From an uncultured bacterium (GTDB lineage Bacteria; UBP14; UBA6098; B30-G16): 64,000 nucleotides of DNA. The DNA lies in contig CBEVQY010000001.1 in assembly GCA_965552135.1 (NCBI GenBank), forward strand, positions 105,559 through 169,558. The letters run 5' to 3'. Positions 58,169-64,000 of the stretch are shown one piece after another. The translations under genes were made by a program, and so were the position numbers. Below the pieces are notes generated by a model, which saw only the letters and a program-made list of their open reading frames with translations, was not told where the DNA came from and ran no database searches. Position 1 is the first letter of the stretch, and every line of letters starts with the position of its first letter.

Positions 58169-59224
58169 ATGGCGGTTGGTATAGTGGGCTACGGGGCATA
58201 CGTTCCGCGCAATCGAGTTAGGGTCGACGAGATAGCGTCGGTTTGGGGCGCGGATGCCGAGGCTTACAAGCGCGGCTTGGGGCTTGTGGAGAAGTCGGTT
58301 CCTTCGCCTGATCAGGACTGTGTGACGATGGCGGTTGAGGCATCGAGGCGAGCCCTCAGGCGCGCCGGGATCGACCCCGCCCAGATAGGCGCGGTCTACG
58401 TCGGCTCTGAGTCCCATCCCTACGCCGTTAAGCCTAGCGGGACGATAGTTGCCGAGGCTTTGGGCGCAACGCCCGAATGCCACACCGCCGACTACGAGTT
58501 CGCCTGCAAAGCCGGCACCGAGGCGATGTTCGTTGCGTCGCAGCTTGTGAAGTCGGGGGCTGTGAGGTACGCACTGGCTGTGGGTTCCGATACATCCCAA
58601 GGCGCTCCGTCGGATGCGCTCGAGTACTCCGCCGCCGCTGGCGCCGCCGCCTTCATATTCGGAACCGAAAACATCGCTGCCGAGCTTGAGGAAACATTCT
58701 CCTTTATGACCGACACCCCGGACTTCTGGCGCAGGGAGCATATGTTCTACCCCAAGCACGGCGGAAGATTTACCGGTGAACCCGCATACTTCAAACACAT
58801 CTACGGAGCGGCGAAGGGAATCATGGAAAAAGCCGGGCTGAAGCCCGAGGACTTCAGATACGTCGTCTTCCACCAGCCCAACGCCAAGTTCCCCCTCAAA
58901 ATAGGCAAAAGGCTTGGCTTTACGCGGGAGCAGATAGAGCAGGGGCTTTTGGTTCCGCTTATAGGGAACACCTATTCCGGTTCGTCGCCGCTTGGGCTCA
59001 CGTCGGTGCTGGATGTGGCGAAAGAGGGCGACAGGATTCTCCTTGTTTCCTTCGGCTCGGGCGCCGGAAGCGATGCCTTCATATTCCGCGCAACGAAGCG
59101 ACTCGAGGAAATCCAAAACAAGGAGGTCCACACAAGGGAAATCATAGAGAAAAACAAGCGATACCTCTCATACGGGCAATATCTCAACTTCAGGGGCAAG
59201 ATAATAATGAACCCCGACGACTGA
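58169..59224 (+). CDS. Hydroxymethylglutaryl-CoA synthase, archaeal type
   Basis: [30 protein letters not shown] (catalytic Cys), [32 protein letters not shown] and SFGSGAGSD. Confidence 0.93.
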   Translation: MAVGIVGYGAYVPRNRVRVDEIASVWGADAEAYKRGLGLVEKSVPSPDQDCVTMAVEASRRALRRAGIDPAQIGAVYVGSESHPYAVKPSGTIVAEALGATPECHTADYEFACKAGTEAMFVASQLVKSGAVRYALAVGSDTSQGAPSDALEYSAAAGAAAFIFGTENIAAELEETFSFMTDTPDFWRREHMFYPKHGGRFTGEPAYFKHIYGAAKGIMEKAGLKPEDFRYVVFHQPNAKFPLKIGKRLGFTREQIEQGLLVPLIGNTYSGSSPLGLTSVLDVAKEGDRILLVSFGSGAGSDAFIFRATKRLEEIQNKEVHTREIIEKNKRYLSYGQYLNFRGKIIMNPDD

Positions 59225-59277
59225 GGGTTTTGTCGGTGCCCCGCTTGGGAAACTCAGGAAGGGAAAGGAGGTCAAGG

Positions 59278-60438
59278 ATGCGGGAGGTTGCGATAGTCGG
59301 CGTGGGGATGACGAAGTTCGGCGAGCTTTGGGATAAATCGCTTAGGGATCTTGTCGTCGAGGCATCGCTTGCCGCGATGGACGACGCCGGCGTTGAGGAG
59401 GTCGATGCGATTTACGTTGGCGCAATGAGCAGCGGTCTTTTCAACAACCAGGAGCACCTCGCAAGCCTTACGGCCGACTACCTTGGTCTTGTCGGTGTTC
59501 CCGCGATGAGGTGCGAGTCGGCGTGCACAAGCGGCGCTGCGGCGTTTAAGGCGGCGCTGCTTGATGTGGCGTCGGGCTACAGCGATGTCGTCCTCGTCAC
59601 GGGCGTCGAGAAGATGACTGATCTTAGCAGCGAGGACGCCGTTGGCGCCCTTGCCACCGCAGCAGACGACGAGCTCGAAGCATACAACGGCGTCACATTC
59701 CCCGGGCTTTACGCCATGATCGCAAGGGCGCACATGGAAAAATACGGAACGACGCGCAGACAGCTCTCACTGGTCGCCGTAAAGAATCACGAAAACGCCC
59801 TCAAAAACCCGAAGGCGCAGTTCCGAATGAGGATAACGCCCGAGGACGTTGAGAACTCGATTATGATAGCTGATCCTCTGCGCATCCTCGACTGCTCCCC
59901 CATATCCGACGGCGCGGCTTCGGTCGTGATAGCGCCGCTTGATCTGGCGCGAAAGCGCTTCGGCGCCCACCGCATAGTGAAGGTTTTGGGCATAGGTCAT
60001 TCGACGGGCACGATAGCGCTTCACTCGCGCGCTGACCTCACAAGGCTCGATGTTGTTGAGCGTGCAGCCAAGCGCGCCTACGACATGGCAGGGCTCCGAC
60101 CCGAAGACATAGACTTCGCCGAGCTCCACGACTGCTTCACCATAGCCGAGATCTGCGAGCTTGAGGCTTTGGGCTTTTGCGGACCCGGCGAGGGTGGACC
60201 GATGACCGAGCGTGGCGATACGCGCCCCGAGGGCAAAATCCCCGTAAACGTCTCGGGCGGGCTTAAGGCTAAGGGGCATCCTGTTGGCGCCACGGGCGTT
60301 GCGCAGCTTGTGGAGCTTGTGGAGCAGATCCGCGGCGAGGCGGGCGAGCGTCAGCTCGAGCGCGCTAACATCGGACTCGCACAAAACCTCGGCGGATCCG
60401 GCGGAAGCTGCATTGTAACGATCCTCGGCGGCGAGTGA
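59278..60438 (+). CDS. Acetoacetyl-CoA thiolase, archaeal/SCP2-like type
   Basis: ESACTSG (Cys), [36 protein letters not shown] and NLGGSG. Confidence 0.93.
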   Translation: MREVAIVGVGMTKFGELWDKSLRDLVVEASLAAMDDAGVEEVDAIYVGAMSSGLFNNQEHLASLTADYLGLVGVPAMRCESACTSGAAAFKAALLDVASGYSDVVLVTGVEKMTDLSSEDAVGALATAADDELEAYNGVTFPGLYAMIARAHMEKYGTTRRQLSLVAVKNHENALKNPKAQFRMRITPEDVENSIMIADPLRILDCSPISDGAASVVIAPLDLARKRFGAHRIVKVLGIGHSTGTIALHSRADLTRLDVVERAAKRAYDMAGLRPEDIDFAELHDCFTIAEICELEALGFCGPGEGGPMTERGDTRPEGKIPVNVSGGLKAKGHPVGATGVAQLVELVEQIRGEAGERQLERANIGLAQNLGGSGGSCIVTILGGE

Positions 60439-61751
60439 AGGGGGAACCGATGATTGATGTTAACAAACTCGCTGAAGTCTACAAAAGGGGCAGAGAGACG
60501 CTGAGGCATCTTGGAGAGAAAGCCTGCGAGCAGCATACGGTGGACGCCATCGTTGTTCCCGTGCTGAACGAACTTGGCTGGTCGTTTTTCGATGGAACTC
60601 TTGTGAAGGGCTATCCCATAAAGGGTTATCGCGGCATGCAGGAGGTCGACATAGCGCTTTTTGTCGAAGGCTTCGGGGATGTGCCCGCAGTGCTTGTTGA
60701 GGTCAAACAGTATGGCACAAAGCTTTCGGATGATCACATACGGCAGGTCGAAACGTACGGAACGCTTGTTAAGGAGGCGAAGTGGCTTGTGTGCACTAAC
60801 GGAGCGCAGTGGAAGATATTGTCCAACGACAGGAGGGAGCTGATTTTGGAATTTGACTTTGATGAGGGTGTGGACGACAGGTTCGAGCTTATGTCGCGCG
60901 ACTCTGTGTCATCCGGCAGACTCCAGCGCTTTGCGTTTCGCAGCATGGCGGAAAGAGCGGTGGAGGAGTACATAGCCCGCAATAAAACCGAGCTCGCGAA
61001 GGAGATATACGAGCACTACAGCAAAAGGTATCCTCTCGACGAGATCGAGGCGGTTTTGGCTGGGCTTTTCCAGCGGAAGCGCCCGGAAAGCTTTGCGGAC
61101 AAATCCAGGAAGTCAAAGGCAGGCGAGTTCCCTATACCGATTTACTCCATATACCACTTCGGCAGATACCGCGAGGCTGAGCTTCTGCAGGACGGCACGG
61201 TTGTCTATGAGGGCAAGAGATACACTCCCAGCGGCGCAGCGAAGGCGGCGGAAAAAAGCGCACCCAACGGCTGGCTCTTCTGGAGGCTTGTGGAGAACGG
61301 CAGACCGATAGCCTCGATTGCCGACAGGGTGGCGCACCCCGCCGATGACCCACCACCATCCGAGTACTTCGAATCCTTCTTCGACAAAATAAGCCCTCAC
61401 CAGCGAAGGCTTATAGAGATGCTCAGAGAAAAGCTAGCAGAGCTCGACCCGAAAATAGTGGTGTATTACACGAAAAACGACTGTGTGCTGGGGTGGAAAA
61501 CGCCGCGTGGCCTCTCTTTTCTACCTCCTTTCGCGTTTCTGAAAAAGTCCGGAGTGAAACTTACGATCATCCTGCGGTATCCGTTCGAACGGTTAAAGGG
61601 TTCGTCTGCGGGCTTTGAGCCCAAGCGTGTCTCGGGTAGTTTGAAGTGGGGCATTTGCCCCCTTGCGCACATCGCCAGCGCAGAGGACGTCGAGAGGATA
61701 TTCCCCGTCCTCGTGAACGCTTACGAGCTCCTGAGGGAGAGGTACGGTTGA
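60435..61751 (+). CDS. Stand-alone restriction-like nuclease: HsdR_N-type PD-(D/E)xK domain, RAMA/DUF4357-like domain and C-terminal DUF5655-like domain
   Basis: EQHT...VLNELGW, EVDIAL..LVEVK, QVETY and CTNGAQW; TPSGAA...NGWLFWR RAMA motif; start 60435 (GTG) or 60450 (ATG). Confidence 0.78.
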   Translation: MKGEPMIDVNKLAEVYKRGRETLRHLGEKACEQHTVDAIVVPVLNELGWSFFDGTLVKGYPIKGYRGMQEVDIALFVEGFGDVPAVLVEVKQYGTKLSDDHIRQVETYGTLVKEAKWLVCTNGAQWKILSNDRRELILEFDFDEGVDDRFELMSRDSVSSGRLQRFAFRSMAERAVEEYIARNKTELAKEIYEHYSKRYPLDEIEAVLAGLFQRKRPESFADKSRKSKAGEFPIPIYSIYHFGRYREAELLQDGTVVYEGKRYTPSGAAKAAEKSAPNGWLFWRLVENGRPIASIADRVAHPADDPPPSEYFESFFDKISPHQRRLIEMLREKLAELDPKIVVYYTKNDCVLGWKTPRGLSFLPPFAFLKKSGVKLTIILRYPFERLKGSSAGFEPKRVSGSLKWGICPLAHIASAEDVERIFPVLVNAYELLRERYG

Positions 61752-61939
61752 TGCCTTTGGTGGAGACGTGGTTTGACCGCGGTCTTTTCGCAAAGCCTCT
61801 CGCCGAGAGAGCTTGGCAGGATGAGAGTGTTTGTGTGCTTTAGCGGTTTTTCACAGCTGCTTGGGCGGGGTTGGGTCTGACGTTTGGCGCGTGCACTCCC
61901 TTGCAGGAGGTCAAGCCAACCCGAGCGCAGGAGGGAGCA

Positions 61940-63115
61940 GTGAAGCGGGTATGGTTTTGCGCTTTGTTGTTTGTGCTTTGGTGTGGCGCGCAGGAACATC
62001 GTGATGAGTGTGCGCTGTTTTTCGAGCTTGGATTGTATGAGGAGGCTCTGAAGTGCTGTGATGAGGCTATAAGGTCTGATCCGAGCGACGCGGAGGCTTG
62101 GTATAGCAAAGGCGTGGCGCTTCTTGAGCTCGGACGCATCAGGGACGCTTTAAAGTGCTTTGATGAAGCTATCAGGCTGAGCCCGAACTACGCGATGGCG
62201 TGGTGCAACAAGGGAGTAATGCTTTTTGAACTTGGGCGGCATGAGGAGGCATTGAGGTGTTATGACGAGGCTATCAGGTTAGATCCGAGCTACGCGGAGA
62301 CGTGGTGTAGCAAAGGCGCCGCGCTTTTTAGTTTGGGGCGGAATAAGGAAGCGTTAGAGTGCCTTAATGAAGCTATTAGGTTGGATCCGACCTTCGCGAA
62401 AGCGTGGTATAATAAGGGCATAGCGCTTGGCAAGCTTGGGCGGCGTGAGGAGGCGCTGAGGTGCTTCGATGAAGCTGTTAGATTGAACCCCGACCTTTCG
62501 AAGGCGTGGTATAGCAAAGGCGTCCTGCTTGGCGAGTTTGGCAGGCTTGAAGAGGCGTTGGAGTGTTATAACGAAGCCGTAAGGTTGGATTCGAGCGATG
62601 CGAAGGCATGGTATAACAGGGGCGTGGTGCTTTTCGGACTTGGAAGGATCGACGAGGCATTGGTGTGTTTCGGCGAAGCCGTTAGGTTAGACTCGAGCGA
62701 TGCGAGGGCGTGGTATAACAGGGGCTTGTTGCTTGGGCAGCTGGGTCGGCTCAGGGAGGCTTTGAAGTGCTTCGACGAGGCTGTCGAATTGAACCCGAAT
62801 CTTGCCGAGGCGTGGTGTGGCAAAGGTGTAGTGCTTGGTAAGCTTGGGCGATATGAGGAGGAGTTGGAATGCTATGACGAAGCTATTAAGCAGGATTCGA
62901 GCTTTGTAAAGGCATGGTATAACAAGGGTGTGGCGCTCTTCGAGTTCGGGCGGTACGAGGAGGCTTTGAAGTGCTTTGATGAGGTTGTCAAGATAAATCC
63001 GGAAGACGCGGGGGGATGGTATTTCAAAGGCAAAGCGCTTGAGCGCCTCGGGAGGCTCGACGAAGCGAAAAGTTGCTACGAAAGGGTGCGCAAGTTAGGC
63101 AAAGAATCGGAGTGA
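61940..63115 (+). CDS. Tandem TPR protein (about 11 consensus-like repeats)
   Basis: 34-aa repeats AWYNKGxxLxxLGRxEEALxCFDEAIRLDP with a 102-bp nucleotide period; hydrophobic N-terminus. Confidence 0.92.
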   Translation: MKRVWFCALLFVLWCGAQEHRDECALFFELGLYEEALKCCDEAIRSDPSDAEAWYSKGVALLELGRIRDALKCFDEAIRLSPNYAMAWCNKGVMLFELGRHEEALRCYDEAIRLDPSYAETWCSKGAALFSLGRNKEALECLNEAIRLDPTFAKAWYNKGIALGKLGRREEALRCFDEAVRLNPDLSKAWYSKGVLLGEFGRLEEALECYNEAVRLDSSDAKAWYNRGVVLFGLGRIDEALVCFGEAVRLDSSDARAWYNRGLLLGQLGRLREALKCFDEAVELNPNLAEAWCGKGVVLGKLGRYEEELECYDEAIKQDSSFVKAWYNKGVALFEFGRYEEALKCFDEVVKINPEDAGGWYFKGKALERLGRLDEAKSCYERVRKLGKESE

Positions 63116-63161
63116 GGAACGCCCTCCGTCCCGTCTGAGTGCGGCTTGACGGGACTTTTTA

Positions 63162-63788
63162 TCATATCTCGCCGCTTTTCAGGCGTTTCAGCGCGTCTTC
63201 TATTGCCGCTTTTGGGACGGCGCCCTCGCGGATTACCCTGACCGTGCGGGGGAAGTCGGTAACGTCCACCATCGTCGAGGGAGGGCCCTCGAGCGAAACG
63301 CCCTGGAAGACGAAAACCCCGTCGACCACATCCCCGAACTCGTCGATTATCCGCTCGGGGTCGGAAAGCGGTGGGTTTTCGCTCGTGTTCACGCTTGTGG
63401 AGGTTATCGGCTTTCCGAGCAGCTGCAGCACAAGCTCGACGAACCAAGAGGGCGATATCCTGAACGCAAGCTTCCCCTTCGGGGTGAGGATCTTCGGCAG
63501 GTTGGCGCTGGTGGATGCTTTTGCTATCATCGTGAGCGGTCCGGGCGAGAAGATATCAAGCAGCGGTGAGAGCTTTTCTGCGTCCTCGACGAAGCTTTGC
63601 ACCCACTGGCGCAGGAGCAGCACGATCTGTGGCGCGTTTGGGTTGCGGCGTTTGATCTCGTTCACGCGGCGGACGGCTTCGGCGTTTGTGGCGTCGGCGC
63701 CGATGCCGTAAAGCGTCTCGGTGGGGTAGATCACAACCCCGCCCTCTCTAAGGATCTTTGCCGCCTCCCACGCCGGAGAACGCTCCAT
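63162..63788 (-). CDS. tsaC: L-threonylcarbamoyladenylate synthase (TsaC/YrdC/Sua5 family)
   Basis: YPTETLYGIG, KRR, PGPLT, TSTSVN and PSTMVD. Confidence 0.92.
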   Translation of the reverse strand: MERSPAWEAAKILREGGVVIYPTETLYGIGADATNAEAVRRVNEIKRRNPNAPQIVLLLRQWVQSFVEDAEKLSPLLDIFSPGPLTMIAKASTSANLPKILTPKGKLAFRISPSWFVELVLQLLGKPITSTSVNTSENPPLSDPERIIDEFGDVVDGVFVFQGVSLEGPPSTMVDVTDFPRTVRVIREGAVPKAAIEDALKRLKSGEI

Positions 63789-63933
63789 ACCCTCAACCCC
63801 TATGTACCTCACAAGCGCCATCCCCAAAGAAATTACCCCGCCGAGCTTGCCGCCCGCAACGGGTTTTTGTCCCCGCGAAGCAGACGTTGAAATCCACCGG
63901 AGAAATCCATATCTTTCAAATGGGAGGTGCAAT

Positions 63934-64000
63934 ATGTTCCGCATCGCGCTTTTGTTTTTGCTTTTCGCCTTTCTTTTCGCCCAGTCCGACAGCGTTGTGT
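63934..64000 (+). CDS. 5' end of a secreted protein (truncated by the window edge)
   Basis: GGAGG SD then MFRIALLFLLFAFLFAQSDSVV, a signal peptide. Confidence 0.65.
   Translation, partial: MFRIALLFLLFAFLFAQSDSVV

Noticed and set aside
59230..59277. TTG-started MSVPR... upstream of the thiolase, reminiscent of some DUF35 N-termini
   Set aside because: Only five residues, with no zinc ribbon or OB fold and no room for a gene; likely coincidence.

Overview
A GC-rich, gene-dense chromosomal window from an anaerobic, diderm bacterium. It has a lipid A-type acyltransferase, SurA, a PorV-like barrel and proteins with FlgD/T9SS-like C-terminal domains, which fits an FCB-related lineage; that placement is an inference. 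Most of the window is scrambled housekeeping genes: an oxidative-stress cluster (Prx, Dfx, Rbr), rpmH, cmk-rpsA-rpsT, nusB, mfd, lepB-lon, pyrB, yceD-rpmF-plsX-fabH, purE, glgA, hsp20-lon, yicC, ligA-surA and tsaC. RNA genes are tRNA-Arg(UCG) and a large Alu-domain SRP RNA. The most notable parts are: (1) an orphan 18-repeat CRISPR array with a type III-like handle, spacers that look sense-strand biased, a repeat-variant switch and palindromic modules at its trailer end; (2) a minus-strand secretion-like operon with a TolB-like propeller, a papain-like protease with a sorting domain and a PorV-like barrel; (3) a TrmB-headed pair of secreted paralogs sharing an N-terminal module but with swapped C-terminal heads (Kelch vs C-type-lectin-like); (4) an archaeal-type HMG-CoA synthase/thiolase pair followed by a stand-alone nuclease-RAMA gene where DUF35 is usually found; (5) an unassigned structured intergenic element at 9702-9833. 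All calls come from reading motifs by eye; no database searches were run.
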